This document shows, in pieces, positions 55,132 to 64,000 of a stretch of 64,000 nucleotides of DNA (its first letter is position 1; each line of letters begins with the position of its first letter). Source of the DNA: Thiopseudomonas sp. (GTDB lineage: Bacteria > Pseudomonadota > Gammaproteobacteria > Pseudomonadales > Pseudomonadaceae); the NCBI GenBank assembly GCA_035271365.1, contig DATERS010000159.1:14886-78885 (forward strand). The letters run 5' to 3'. The position numbers were made by a program, and so were the translations under genes. Under the pieces are notes generated by a model. The model did no database searches. It saw only the letters and a list, made by a program, of their open reading frames with translations, and was not told the DNA's origin.

Positions 55132-55144
55132 AACGCTCTCCCGA

Positions 55145-55483
55145 TTACTGACGCTCTGAGACTTGGTTAATAGTGTACTTCGGAATTTCCACCGTCAAAT
55201 CTGTATCGGCAACGACAGCCTGGCATGATAAACGCGAATCAGGCTCAAGACCCCAGGCTTTATCCAGCATATCGTCTTCGAGTTCATCAGACTCTTCCAG
55301 CGAATCGAAACCTTCACGTACAACGACGTGACAGGTGGTGCAGGCACATGACATTTCGCAGGCATGTTCAATTTCGATACCATTGCGCTTGGCTGCTTCA
55401 ATAATGGTTTCACCAGGGATGGCATCAACGACCGCACCTTCTGGGCAAAGCTCTGCATGTGGCAAAAAGATAATTTGCGGCAT
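55145..55483 (-). CDS. fdx: ISC system 2Fe-2S ferredoxin
   Basis: 112 aa with the Cys pattern CEMSCACTTCH...C. Confidence 0.95.
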   Translation of the reverse strand: MPQIIFLPHAELCPEGAVVDAIPGETIIEAAKRNGIEIEHACEMSCACTTCHVVVREGFDSLEESDELEDDMLDKAWGLEPDSRLSCQAVVADTDLTVEIPKYTINQVSERQ

Positions 55484-55489
55484 TAGGGG

Positions 55490-57352
55490 TTAACCCTCCA
55501 TTTCATTAAGTTGTCGTCCGGCCAAAGCAGTTTTCACTGTGGCATCCAGACGGCGTGCAGCGAACTCGTTCGTTGCATGATTAAGCTGCTGTACATGTCG
55601 CGCAATCGCATTAATATCTTCTGCTTGGCGCACCGTATCTAACGCACTCATGCGCTCCTCAATCACGGCACGCTCTTCTGCAGTCAGTAACTCATCAGCA
55701 TCCGCTGCTAACGCTGAACGCACTGTTTCCAGTAAACGTTCAGCATCCACTCGCTGCTCTTGTAAAGCACGTGCTTGTTTATCATGCGCGGCATTCTCGA
55801 AAGACGCTTTGAGCATGCCACCAATCTCTTCATCAGTGAGGCCGTATGAAGGTTTGACTTGAATACTGGCTTCAACACCACTGCCCAACTCGCGCGCAGT
55901 CACACCCAGCAAACCATCAGCATCCACTTGGAAAGTCACACGAATTTTTGCAGCACCCGCCACCATCGGAGGAATACCACGTAACTCAAAGCGGGCTAAT
56001 GAGCGGCAATCACTGACCAACTCGCGCTCACCTTGTAAAACATGCACGGCCATGGCTGTTTGCCCGTCACGTCCGGTGGTAAATTCTTGCGCACGAGTGA
56101 CTGGAATCGTAGTGTTTCGCGGGATGATCTTTTCAACTAAATCACCCATCGTTTCCAGACCTAGAGATAAAGGCGTGACATCGAGCAAAAGCAATTCATC
56201 GCCCGCACGCTTATTGCCCACCAAGGTATCGGCCTGAATCGCAGCACCGATGGCAACCACTTGGTCGGGGTCAATATCAGTCATGGGCGTGCAATTAAAT
56301 AACTCACCGACACGGGTACGCACTAACGGCACGCGAGTTGACCCGCCAACCATCACCACAGAGTCGATATCATCTAAATCAACTTCGGAATCTCGCAACG
56401 CACGGCGACAGGATCTCAAACTGCGCGCTACTAATGGCTCAATCAGCTGATCAAAGGTGTCACGGCTTAAATGACCCTTCCAGTCAGCATACTCAATAAC
56501 AACCGAGTCTTCTGTGGTTAACGATTCTTTTGCCGCACAGGCCAATTGTAGAAGGTCTCGCTGCTGGCTCGGTGATAAGTCACTGGATAAACCTGCCTGC
56601 TCAATCACCCACTTGGCCAACGCATGATCAAAGTCATCGCCGCCCAGTGCACTGTCGCCACCGGTGGCTAATACTTCAAATACACCACGACTGAGACGCA
56701 AAATTGACACATCAAAAGTGCCACCGCCCAAATCATAGATCACCACAACACCTTCAGCTTGCTGGTCTAAGCCATAGGCAACAGCAGCTGCAGTCGGTTC
56801 ATTGAGCAAACGTAAAACGTTAAGGCCAGCCAGACGCGCAGCATCTTTAGTGGCTTGGCGCTGTGCATCATCAAAATACGCCGGCACAGTAATCACCACG
56901 CCGACTAATTCACCACCGAGCGCAGCTTCACCACGCTCACGCAGCTCTTGCAAAATACGCGCTGAAACTTCAACAGGGCTTTTCGGTCCCTGTACGGTTT
57001 CAATAAAGGGCATATGTGATTTACCGGCTTTAAAGCGATACGGCAACTGCTCACCGAGCTGTTGCACATCCGCTAAGCCACGCCCCATCAGGCGCTTAAC
57101 TGACAAAATACAATTATAAGGATCACTGGCTGCAGCTTCACGAGCACTGCGACCCACCTCACTGTGATCAGCATGATAACGCACTGCTGACGCGAGGGAG
57201 ACGCGGCCTTGCGCATCAGGTATTGCCTCTGCAATACCACTGCGTACGGTCGCAACTAATGAGTTTGTAGTCCCTAGATCAATCCCGACGGCTAGGCGCT
57301 GCTGGTGAGGCTGGGGACTTTGTCCAGGTTCGGCAATCTGTAGTAAGGCCAT
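55490..57352 (-). CDS. hscA: Fe-S protein assembly chaperone HscA (Hsp70 family)
   Basis: 620 aa with the Hsp70 signatures GIDLGTTNS and DLGGGTFD. Confidence 0.97.
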   Translation of the reverse strand: MALLQIAEPGQSPQPHQQRLAVGIDLGTTNSLVATVRSGIAEAIPDAQGRVSLASAVRYHADHSEVGRSAREAAASDPYNCILSVKRLMGRGLADVQQLGEQLPYRFKAGKSHMPFIETVQGPKSPVEVSARILQELRERGEAALGGELVGVVITVPAYFDDAQRQATKDAARLAGLNVLRLLNEPTAAAVAYGLDQQAEGVVVIYDLGGGTFDVSILRLSRGVFEVLATGGDSALGGDDFDHALAKWVIEQAGLSSDLSPSQQRDLLQLACAAKESLTTEDSVVIEYADWKGHLSRDTFDQLIEPLVARSLRSCRRALRDSEVDLDDIDSVVMVGGSTRVPLVRTRVGELFNCTPMTDIDPDQVVAIGAAIQADTLVGNKRAGDELLLLDVTPLSLGLETMGDLVEKIIPRNTTIPVTRAQEFTTGRDGQTAMAVHVLQGERELVSDCRSLARFELRGIPPMVAGAAKIRVTFQVDADGLLGVTARELGSGVEASIQVKPSYGLTDEEIGGMLKASFENAAHDKQARALQEQRVDAERLLETVRSALAADADELLTAEERAVIEERMSALDTVRQAEDINAIARHVQQLNHATNEFAARRLDATVKTALAGRQLNEMEG

Positions 57353-57393
57353 ACGGATCTTTAATCTGACAGCCTGCTTGAGCAGGCTTTGGG

Positions 57394-57930
57394 TTAATCG
57401 TCTAAGCGCTCTTCTAACTGACGCACTTCATAAAACATCTTGTCTAGAAACTGCATGCGACGCGCTAAACGCTCTGCGTGTTCACGCTGCTGCGGATCAT
57501 TAAGACAGCCCGCAAAGGCATGATCAATCTCACTGCGTGCTTGTTTAAGCTCACGCACAAAAGGAGCTAATGCATCAATGTCAGCCTGCTCTTGCAGTGT
57601 TTCCAGCTGCTCTCGCCATTCCATCTGCTGAAATAAAAACTCACCATCTTCAATGGTGGTTTCGTCTGGCAAGTCAGCTTGTTGACGCAACAAATAGAGC
57701 GCACGCTGGGTCGGCAACTTTAAAGTTTGAAACGCATCATTAAGCTGGGCCGCCCGCTCAACAGCTTGACGCTGCTCTGCGGCTGACGCGTTACTAAAAC
57801 GATCAGGATGCATATCCATCGCCAACTTACGATAGGTTGCAGCCAGCGCTTGAGTATCAAGCTCAAAACTGGGCTGCAAACCAAACATTGCAAAGTAGTC
57901 GACCTGCTCTGCTGCGGCTGGATTAGACAT
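57394..57930 (-). CDS. hscB: Fe-S protein assembly co-chaperone HscB
   Basis: J-domain with HPD (DMHPDRF). The start is trimmed to [18 protein letters not shown], whose ATG overlaps the iscA stop as AATGTCTAA. Confidence 0.9.
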   Translation of the reverse strand: MSNPAAAEQVDYFAMFGLQPSFELDTQALAATYRKLAMDMHPDRFSNASAAEQRQAVERAAQLNDAFQTLKLPTQRALYLLRQQADLPDETTIEDGEFLFQQMEWREQLETLQEQADIDALAPFVRELKQARSEIDHAFAGCLNDPQQREHAERLARRMQFLDKMFYEVRQLEERLDD

Positions 57931-58246
57931 TAAAACTCTCACCACAGCCACATTCGCCGCGTACATTAGGGTTCTTGAACTTAAACCCCTCATTGATACC
58001 TTCGCGGACAAAGTCCAGTTCAGTACCATCAATGTAAGCGAGGCTTTTCGGGTCAATAATAACCTTCATGCCAAAGCTTTCAAATACTTCATCATCAGCC
58101 TGCAGCTCATCAACAAACTCAAGCACATACGCCATTCCTGAACAGCCCGTGGTGCGTACGCCTAGGCGGATGCCTTCGCCGCTGCCACGGTTTTCAAGTG
58201 AGCGCCGCATATGATTTGCTGCGGCTTCTGTCAATGTGATTGCCAT
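57923..58246 (-). CDS. iscA: iron-sulfur cluster insertion/carrier protein IscA
   Basis: 107 aa with the C-terminal motif CGCGESF. Confidence 0.96.
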   Translation of the reverse strand: MAITLTEAAANHMRRSLENRGSGEGIRLGVRTTGCSGMAYVLEFVDELQADDEVFESFGMKVIIDPKSLAYIDGTELDFVREGINEGFKFKNPNVRGECGCGESFNV

Positions 58247-58247
58247 A

Positions 58248-58643
58248 TCAAGCCTCTTTGATTAAGCCTTTCTTTTGCTTGTAATCACGCACTGCAGCTT
58301 TGATCGCATCTTCCGCCAATACTGAACAGTGAATCTTCACTGGTGGCAACGCCAACTCTTCAGCAATGGTAGTATTTTTAATCTGCTCAGCTTCATCAAT
58401 GGTCTTGCCTTTCATCCATTCTGTCGCTAAAGAGCTTGATGCAATGGCAGAGCCACAGCCGTACGTTTTAAACTTCGCGTCCTGAATCACACCGTCATCA
58501 CTGACTTGGATCTGCAGGCGCATTACATCGCCACAGGCTGGTGCACCGACCATGCCGGTACCAACATCAGAAGCATCGGCGTCCATTTTGCCAACGTTGC
58601 GAGGGTTCTCGTAGTGGTCTAAGACCTTATCACTATATGCCAT
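58248..58643 (-). CDS. iscU: Fe-S cluster assembly scaffold IscU
   Basis: Contains [20 protein letters not shown] and the LPPVK motif. Confidence 0.97.
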   Translation of the reverse strand: MAYSDKVLDHYENPRNVGKMDADASDVGTGMVGAPACGDVMRLQIQVSDDGVIQDAKFKTYGCGSAIASSSLATEWMKGKTIDEAEQIKNTTIAEELALPPVKIHCSVLAEDAIKAAVRDYKQKKGLIKEA

Positions 58644-58672
58644 GATGGTATTCCTTCTTCAATGGACAAGAA

Positions 58673-59887
58673 TTAATGTTCTTGCCACACAACTTTAGAG
58701 AGATCAACGCCGTCGTTATGCATATCCCAGAGCGGTGATAAGTCACGCAGACGTGCAACGGCTTCACGAATTTGTCCAGCAGCATGATCCACTTCTTCTT
58801 CAGTGGTAAAGCGACCGAAAGTAAAACGAATCGAGCTGTGTGCTAACTCATCACTGCGGCCTAGAGCGCGCAGTACATAAGATGGCTCAAGCGAAGCAGA
58901 GGTACAGGCTGAACCTGAAGACACCGCCATATCCTTAAGCGCCATAATCAGCGACTCACCTTCAACATAGTTAAAGCTGAGGTTAAGGTTATGTGGGATA
59001 CGCTGGGTTGCGCTACCGTTCAGATACAACTCTTCCATATCACGCACTTTGTCGTAAAAACGTTTGCTTAACGCAGCAATACGCTTGTTTTCTTCAGCCA
59101 TTTCTAAGCGAGCCAATTCAAAGGCTTCACCCATACCAACGATCTGGTGAGTGGCTAAGGTACCTGAACGCATACCGCGCTCATGTCCACCACCGTGCAT
59201 TTGCGCTTCTAGACGCACACGTGGCTTACGACGCACATACAATGCGCCCATACCTTTAGGACCGTAGGCTTTGTGAGCAGAGAAGGACATTAAGTCAACT
59301 TTCATCTTCTCAAGGTCAACTTCAACCTTACCGGCTGTTTGCGCCGCATCTACGTGGAATAAGATGCCTTTAGAGCGTGTTAATTCGCCAATCGCTGCGA
59401 TATCGTTAATCGTACCGATTTCGTTATTCACATGCATGATCGATACTAAGATTGTATCTTCACGCAGTGCGCCAGCCACCATATCAGCTGTAATCAAACC
59501 GTCTTCACACGGCTCAAGGTAGGTCACTTCATAACCTTCACGCTCAAGCTGACGCGTCGCATCTAGGACTGCTTTATGCTCAAGCTTAGAGGTAACAATA
59601 TGTTTACCTTTGCTGACATAGAAATGCGCAATACCTTTAATGGCTAAGTTATTTGACTCGGTCGCACCGGACGTCCAAACGATTTCACGTGGATCAGCAT
59701 TGATTAAGTCTGCAACTTGACGACGTGCATGCTCAATTGCTTCTTCTGCACGCCAACCATAAACGTGGGAGCGTGACGCAGCATTACCAAAGTTACCGTC
59801 CAATGTGAGGCAATCACACATTTTCTTAGCCACCCTTGGGTCAACAGGTGTGGTTGCTGAATAGTCTAAATAAATCGGCAGTTTCAT
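58673..59887 (-). CDS. iscS: cysteine desulfurase IscS
   Basis: Begins [16 protein letters not shown]. Contains the PLP lysine motif [10 protein letters not shown] and the active-site motif SSGSACTS. The start is trimmed from 59905. Confidence 0.97.
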   Translation of the reverse strand: MKLPIYLDYSATTPVDPRVAKKMCDCLTLDGNFGNAASRSHVYGWRAEEAIEHARRQVADLINADPREIVWTSGATESNNLAIKGIAHFYVSKGKHIVTSKLEHKAVLDATRQLEREGYEVTYLEPCEDGLITADMVAGALREDTILVSIMHVNNEIGTINDIAAIGELTRSKGILFHVDAAQTAGKVEVDLEKMKVDLMSFSAHKAYGPKGMGALYVRRKPRVRLEAQMHGGGHERGMRSGTLATHQIVGMGEAFELARLEMAEENKRIAALSKRFYDKVRDMEELYLNGSATQRIPHNLNLSFNYVEGESLIMALKDMAVSSGSACTSASLEPSYVLRALGRSDELAHSSIRFTFGRFTTEEEVDHAAGQIREAVARLRDLSPLWDMHNDGVDLSKVVWQEH

Positions 59888-59919
59888 TGTAGTAACTCTC
59901 CTCACGGTCTGCGTCTAAT

Positions 59920-60390
59920 TCACTCTAGGGTGGACGCCTGAATTTTATTTGCTGCGCGCTCATTTTGACGCAATGCAACTTTCTGAATATCTTGGCGCGC
60001 AACTAAATCCGCCAAACTGATACCACTTAAAAAATCATGGATTTGTTTACTCAAATCACACCACAATCGATGGGTTAAGCACTCATCACCGCCCTGGCAA
60101 TCGCCAACACCATGGCAGCGGGTCGCATCAACGGACTCATCGACCGCATCAATCACTTGTACAATCTGAATACTTGCAGGTTCATGCGCCAGCAGATAAC
60201 CACCACCAGGCCCACGAACACTGTTAACTAAAGCGCCACGGCGCAACTTAGCAAATAACTGCTCAAGGTAAGATAAAGATATACCTTGTCGCTCAGAAAT
60301 ATCTGCAAGAGGCACAGGCCCCTCTTGCGCATTTAATGCCAAGTCCAGCATTGCTGTAACGGCATAGCGGCCTTTAGTCGTCAGTCGCAT
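59920..60390 (-). CDS. iscR: Fe-S cluster assembly transcriptional regulator IscR (Rrf2 family)
   Basis: Begins [19 protein letters not shown] and has a Cys cluster ([13 protein letters not shown]). Confidence 0.96.
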   Translation of the reverse strand: MRLTTKGRYAVTAMLDLALNAQEGPVPLADISERQGISLSYLEQLFAKLRRGALVNSVRGPGGGYLLAHEPASIQIVQVIDAVDESVDATRCHGVGDCQGGDECLTHRLWCDLSKQIHDFLSGISLADLVARQDIQKVALRQNERAANKIQASTLE

Positions 60391-60423
60391 AAAACATACT
60401 GCTGTAAGTAAATATGAGTACTA

Positions 60424-60482
60424 ATTATGCAATAACCTAGCAAACAGGTCAAGTATTATTCCCGATCAAATTAGTCAGGCTT
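60424..60482 (-). promoter_or_regulatory. iscR promoter with two adjacent type-1 IscR-box-like sites
   Basis: The minus strand reads TTGACC (60452-60447), a 17-nt spacer and CATAAT (60429-60424). Two 25-nt sites resemble the consensus ATASYYGACTRWWWYAGTCRRSTAT: AAGCCTGACTAATTTGATCGGGAAT (60482-60458, about 20 of 25) and ATACTTGACCTGTTTGCTAGGTTAT (60456-60432, about 18 of 25, overlapping the -35). Confidence 0.55.
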
Positions 60483-60539
60483 TAACGCTGACATATTCTA
60501 GCAGCGCTGCGGCATTATGCCACGACACGCGCCTGAGCA

Positions 60540-61355
60540 TTATTTTTGTTGCGTCGGATCAGGCTTGTCTTCATCGTCATAGTCATCTACAGCAGGCTTA
60601 AAACGCTCTGAGCATGGAAACGCACTATCCGGGAGTTGCGGCAGTTTCTTACCCTTATAGTCACTACCCATCTTATGCATCGCCTCACACATATCCTCCA
60701 GGCGCTCTTCAACCGCTTCCAGGTGATCAAGAATCTGACCGATCGAACGTGCAACAGGGTCAGGCATATCAGCGCTCATGCCATACGCATCAAAACCAAA
60801 ACGCTCCGCCAGCGCCTGACGCTTAGCTTCTTGCTCTTCGTCAGTTTTCACAATAATACGCCCAGGAATACCCACGGCAGTTGCACCCGCTGGCACAGCT
60901 TTAGTCACTACAGCATTGGAGCCAATTTTTGCACCTGCCCCTACAATAAAGGGACCCAGTACTTTAGCGCCCGCCCCCACCACAACACCGTCTTCTAGTG
61001 TTGGGTGACGCTTGCCTTTATTCCAACTGGTGCCACCTAAGGTTACACCCTGATAAAGCGTGACATCGTCGCCGACCTCAGCCGTCTCACCAATGACAAT
61101 ACCCATACCATGGTCAATAAAAAAGCGGCGACCAATCTGCGCGCCTGGGTGAATTTCAACACCGGTCAGCCAGCGCCCTAGGTTAGACACCATACGCGCC
61201 AGCCATTTCCAATTACGCACCCACAAACCATGCGCTAAACGATGCAGCCAGACCGCATGTAAGCCTGGATAGCAGGTTAATACCTCAAAAGCATTACGTG
61301 CCGCAGGGTCACGCCGAAATACACTTTGAATATCTTCACGAATACCTTTAAACAT
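60540..61355 (-). CDS. cysE: serine O-acetyltransferase
   Basis: Begins [21 protein letters not shown] and has a hexapeptide-repeat region. The start is trimmed from 61385 and overlaps the trmJ stop by 8 nt. Confidence 0.93.
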   Translation of the reverse strand: MFKGIREDIQSVFRRDPAARNAFEVLTCYPGLHAVWLHRLAHGLWVRNWKWLARMVSNLGRWLTGVEIHPGAQIGRRFFIDHGMGIVIGETAEVGDDVTLYQGVTLGGTSWNKGKRHPTLEDGVVVGAGAKVLGPFIVGAGAKIGSNAVVTKAVPAGATAVGIPGRIIVKTDEEQEAKRQALAERFGFDAYGMSADMPDPVARSIGQILDHLEAVEERLEDMCEAMHKMGSDYKGKKLPQLPDSAFPCSERFKPAVDDYDDEDKPDPTQQK

Positions 61356-62157
61356 GCTCACCTCGGCGCTGGATAATTTCACCACGTGCAGCTTTTTGCG
61401 TCTCAGTCAAAATGCCACGTAAAATATTAACTTCAGATTTCTTTAGTTGACTACGACCATAAATACGACGCAAACGCGCCATTAAATGTCGAGGCTTCAT
61501 TGGATCAAGAAAATCAATTTCAACCAGTGTCTGCTGCAAATGATCATAAAACAACTCCAATGAGTCATGAGTGGCCGGCGCAGAACCTAACATACCCGTC
61601 GCTTCAACTTCAGGCATATGCGTGGGCTGCTGCGTTTCTTTAAGCCACGCCATACGCACTTCATAGCTCAAAACCTGCACTGCTGTGGCAAGGTTTAAAG
61701 AACTGAACTCTGGATCAGATGGGATATGGATATGATATTGACAGCGCTGCAATTCTGCGTTGGTCAAGCCCGCATACTCACGACCAAAAACCAATGCAAT
61801 CTCTGCCTCGTGATCCGCCTGCCATGTATGCAAACAAAGATCTGCCGCCTCACGCGGATCAACTAACGGCCAAGGGATACGTCGATCACGGGCACTGGTG
61901 CCGAGCACCACACTACATCCTTCTAACGCCTCTTCTAAGGTCGCCACAACACGCGCGCCCTCTAAAACATCATCAGCCCCCGCAGATCGGGAGTTGGCAT
62001 CAGGGTGTGGGTACTTCACTGGATCGACTAAGACTAAGGACTTGAGCCCCATGTTTTTCATCGCTCGGGCAGCACCACCAATATTACCTGGGTGACTGGT
62101 GTTGACTAAAACCACGCGAATTTTTTCCAGCACAGGGATCTCCAACGATCTATTCAA
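61348..62157 (-). CDS. trmJ: tRNA (cytidine/uridine-2'-O-)-methyltransferase TrmJ (SpoU family)
   Basis: Contains [25 protein letters not shown]. The exact start is uncertain. Confidence 0.88.
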   Translation of the reverse strand: MNRSLEIPVLEKIRVVLVNTSHPGNIGGAARAMKNMGLKSLVLVDPVKYPHPDANSRSAGADDVLEGARVVATLEEALEGCSVVLGTSARDRRIPWPLVDPREAADLCLHTWQADHEAEIALVFGREYAGLTNAELQRCQYHIHIPSDPEFSSLNLATAVQVLSYEVRMAWLKETQQPTHMPEVEATGMLGSAPATHDSLELFYDHLQQTLVEIDFLDPMKPRHLMARLRRIYGRSQLKKSEVNILRGILTETQKAARGEIIQRRGEHV

Positions 62158-62297
62158 GACAAGTTATTAAAGTAAAGACTATAAGCTTACCGAAGCCTCT
62201 GCATTCCCGCCATGAAAAAGAACAGCGCAAGCACACACATCCATCTTTGCTTCTGTTAGAATATTTAATCTTCTTTAACAACCTCCGGTGACTTTTC

Positions 62298-63110
62298 ATG
62301 CAGCCAATGCTGAATATCGCGCTGCGCGCTGCTCGTAGCGCGGGCGAATTAATTGTACGTTCGATTGAACGCTTAGACACAATCTCAGCTAACGAGAAAG
62401 ACGCAAACGATTTCGTCACCGAGATTGGTCGCTCTGCTGAACACGCAATTATTACTGCAATCCTTAAAGCACACCCTGATCACGGCATCAATGCTCAAAT
62501 CAGCCCGCGCATTGCTGGCAGCGGTGAAGGTGCTGATTACGAGTGGATTATTGATCCGCTTAACGGCACGACCAACTTTACTCGTGGCGTACCCCACTTT
62601 GCACTCAGCATTGCCTGTAAACACCGTGGACGTATTGAGCACGCAGTTATTATTGATCCTGTTCGACAGGAAGAATTTACTGCAAGCCGCGGTCGTGGTG
62701 CAGCATTTAACGGTCGCCGGATGCGTGTTAGCAAACGCAAAACACTGGATAACGCACTATTAGCGACAGGCTTTCCATTCCATGAAGGTCAGCCTGAGCA
62801 TGTGGACAATTATATGTCTATGTTTAGAGACCTCGCCCTACAGTCTGCGGGCATTCGTAGCGAGGGTGTTGCAAACCTAGACTTAGCTTATGTTGCAATG
62901 GGCCGCTATGACGCACTCTGGCTCTACGGTTTATCTGAATCAGATATGGCTGCGGGCTCACTGTTAATTCAAGAAGCGGGCGGTTTGATCAGCGACTTTA
63001 ATGGTGGCCATGACTTTTTAAACAACGGTCATATTGTTGCCGGTGGTGCAAAATGTTTTAAAGCGATACTGACAACGATTCAACCCTTTATACCGCGCAG
63101 CTTTAAATAA
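62298..63110 (+). CDS. suhB: inositol monophosphatase family protein SuhB
   Basis: Contains the IMPase motif WIIDPLNGTTNF and is divergent from trmJ. Confidence 0.95.
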   Translation: MQPMLNIALRAARSAGELIVRSIERLDTISANEKDANDFVTEIGRSAEHAIITAILKAHPDHGINAQISPRIAGSGEGADYEWIIDPLNGTTNFTRGVPHFALSIACKHRGRIEHAVIIDPVRQEEFTASRGRGAAFNGRRMRVSKRKTLDNALLATGFPFHEGQPEHVDNYMSMFRDLALQSAGIRSEGVANLDLAYVAMGRYDALWLYGLSESDMAAGSLLIQEAGGLISDFNGGHDFLNNGHIVAGGAKCFKAILTTIQPFIPRSFK

Positions 63111-63130
63111 TTAAAGCCAAGCTTGAAGCA

Positions 63131-63159
63131 CAAAAAAGCGCCTTAAAAGGCGCTTTTTT
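63131..63159. terminator. bidirectional rho-independent terminator between suhB and the ycfJ-like gene
   Basis: AAAAAA-GCGCCTT-loop-AAGGCGC-TTTTTT. Confidence 0.88.
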
Positions 63160-63188
63160 ATTGCTTAAAAACTCAGCTCACAACTCTA

Positions 63189-63728
63189 TTAATATGCAGC
63201 TTTAGTCAGTATGACGCGTCCCTGCTCATCAAGCTCTAAGCGACGGCCTGGATCTTCATCCATACGCACAGTGCGCACTTTACCCTCAAGCTCATAACTC
63301 ACGTCGTAGCCCGAAATCTTCTCACTAATATCATATTCCGTATTGCAACGACGCTCAGTGGTTGTATAAGTGTTATTTTGCTGTAGATGCTCTTGGGTTT
63401 TATTACCCGCATAACCACCACCCACAGCACCGGCAACGGTTGCAATTTTTTTACCATTACCACCACCCACTTGATTGCCCAGTAAGCCACCCACTACTGC
63501 ACCGACGGCACTACCGACAATACGGTTATCGTCCTTGATTGGTTTACGCTTTGTGACTGTCACATCACGGCATTCTTCGCGTGGGGTTTTCACAGTTTCT
63601 TTAACCTGCTTAACAGCTATCACTTCAGCATAGCTGGGGCCACTTATCATATTATAAGTTGCATAAGCACCACCGGCAGTTACAGCAACCGCACCCAACA
63701 CACCACCAATCAACATCGACTTATTCAT
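63189..63728 (-). CDS. ycfJ: glycine-zipper 2TM domain protein (YcfJ-like)
   Basis: 179 aa beginning MNKSMLIGGVLGAV. It has glycine-zipper segments (GSAVGAVVGGLLGNQVGGGNGKKIATVAGAVGGGYAG) and, from memory, closely parallels E. coli YcfJ. Confidence 0.75.
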   Translation of the reverse strand: MNKSMLIGGVLGAVAVTAGGAYATYNMISGPSYAEVIAVKQVKETVKTPREECRDVTVTKRKPIKDDNRIVGSAVGAVVGGLLGNQVGGGNGKKIATVAGAVGGGYAGNKTQEHLQQNNTYTTTERRCNTEYDISEKISGYDVSYELEGKVRTVRMDEDPGRRLELDEQGRVILTKAAY

Positions 63729-63771
63729 TATATTTCTCTCAAGTAACCATTACTCTCAATGCATTGGAAGC

Positions 63772-63809
63772 AAAAAAGCCGCATAAGTTCAAACTTATGC
63801 GGCTTTTTG
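63772..63809 (-). terminator. rho-independent terminator after secF
   Basis: GCCGCATAAGTT pairs with AACTTATGCGGC in a 12-bp stem, flanked by an A-run and a T-run. On the minus strand TTTTTTG follows. Confidence 0.85.
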
Positions 63810-63849
63810 TCACAACTTTATACAACGCATTGCCTTCTATATCAGCAAG

Positions 63850-64000
63850 TTAAGGCGTCTCGTCAACTTCCTCGGTACTCACCGGCGGTATTAAATCTTC
63901 TACCGTCAGCTTCAGCCAAATCAAGAAGATACTGGCGATATACACTGATGAGAAGGTACCGAAAGTGATACCAATAAATAGCGCAAAGGCAAAGCCCCAG
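63850..64000 (-). CDS. secF: protein translocase subunit SecF, C-terminal end (gene starts beyond window end)
   Basis: Own translation of the minus strand gives WGFAFALFIGITFGTFSSVYIASIFLIWLKLTVEDLIPPVSTEEVDETP*, which looks like a SecF C-terminus. Confidence 0.8.
   Translation of the reverse strand, partial: WGFAFALFIGITFGTFSSVYIASIFLIWLKLTVEDLIPPVSTEEVDETP

Overview
This window is almost entirely core gammaproteobacterial chromosome. From memory, the gene order is very close to Pseudomonas aeruginosa, but the DNA looks more AT-rich than a typical Pseudomonas, so I guess a Pseudomonadaceae relative at low confidence. I call 67 protein genes, two of them truncated at the window edges.

The content, in order:
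- TCA genes: sucA (partial), sdhCDAB and gltA.
- Four small enzyme genes: a YkgJ-like Cys-cluster protein, a 3-hydroxyisobutyrate-dehydrogenase-family oxidoreductase, ppnP and an alpha/beta hydrolase.
- A low-oxygen respiration block: ccoNOQP, ccoGHIS, a TauE/DsbD_2-like membrane protein, a divergent hemN, anr (fnr), apt, and cydAB plus a 38-aa cydX that the ORF track missed.
- A divergent pair of L,D-transpeptidase-family genes.
- A patatin-like lipase, lpxL, minCDE and rluA.
- A six-gene MoxR / DUF58 / DUF4381 / BatA / BatB-TPR / BatD cluster.
- A class I DAHP synthase and a small GNAT.
- zipA-ligA.
- A long minus-strand housekeeping run from trmJ, cysE, iscRSUA-hscBA-fdx-iscX and ndk through rlmN, pilW, rodZ, ispG, hisS, yfgM, bamB and der to ybdL-like and nit-like genes.
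- suhB, ycfJ-like and secF (partial).

I saw no rRNA, tRNA, CRISPR array, transposase, integrase, phage gene or recognisable defence or toxin-antitoxin module. I therefore do not think the window holds a clearly novel multi-gene system.

The points most worth a second look:
1. The MoxR/VWA (Bat-type) cluster is tightly translationally coupled, its function is unresolved, and its second VWA protein appears to lack the MIDAS motif.
2. The HemN homologue sits at the syntenic hemN position behind a textbook Anr/FNR class II promoter, but several motifs I remember as conserved in HemN are replaced.
3. Two unusually long AT-rich intergenic regions have no assigned function: one upstream of ccoN, and one upstream of zipA that carries a terminator-like hairpin inside the zipA leader.
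4. The cytochrome bd operon is the E. coli-like cydABX type, in a Pseudomonas-like context, with an odd cydB-cydX spacer.

Many ORF-track start codons are upstream TTG/GTG extensions. I trimmed them where a Shine-Dalgarno sequence, an upstream terminator or the homologue N-terminus supported a later start.
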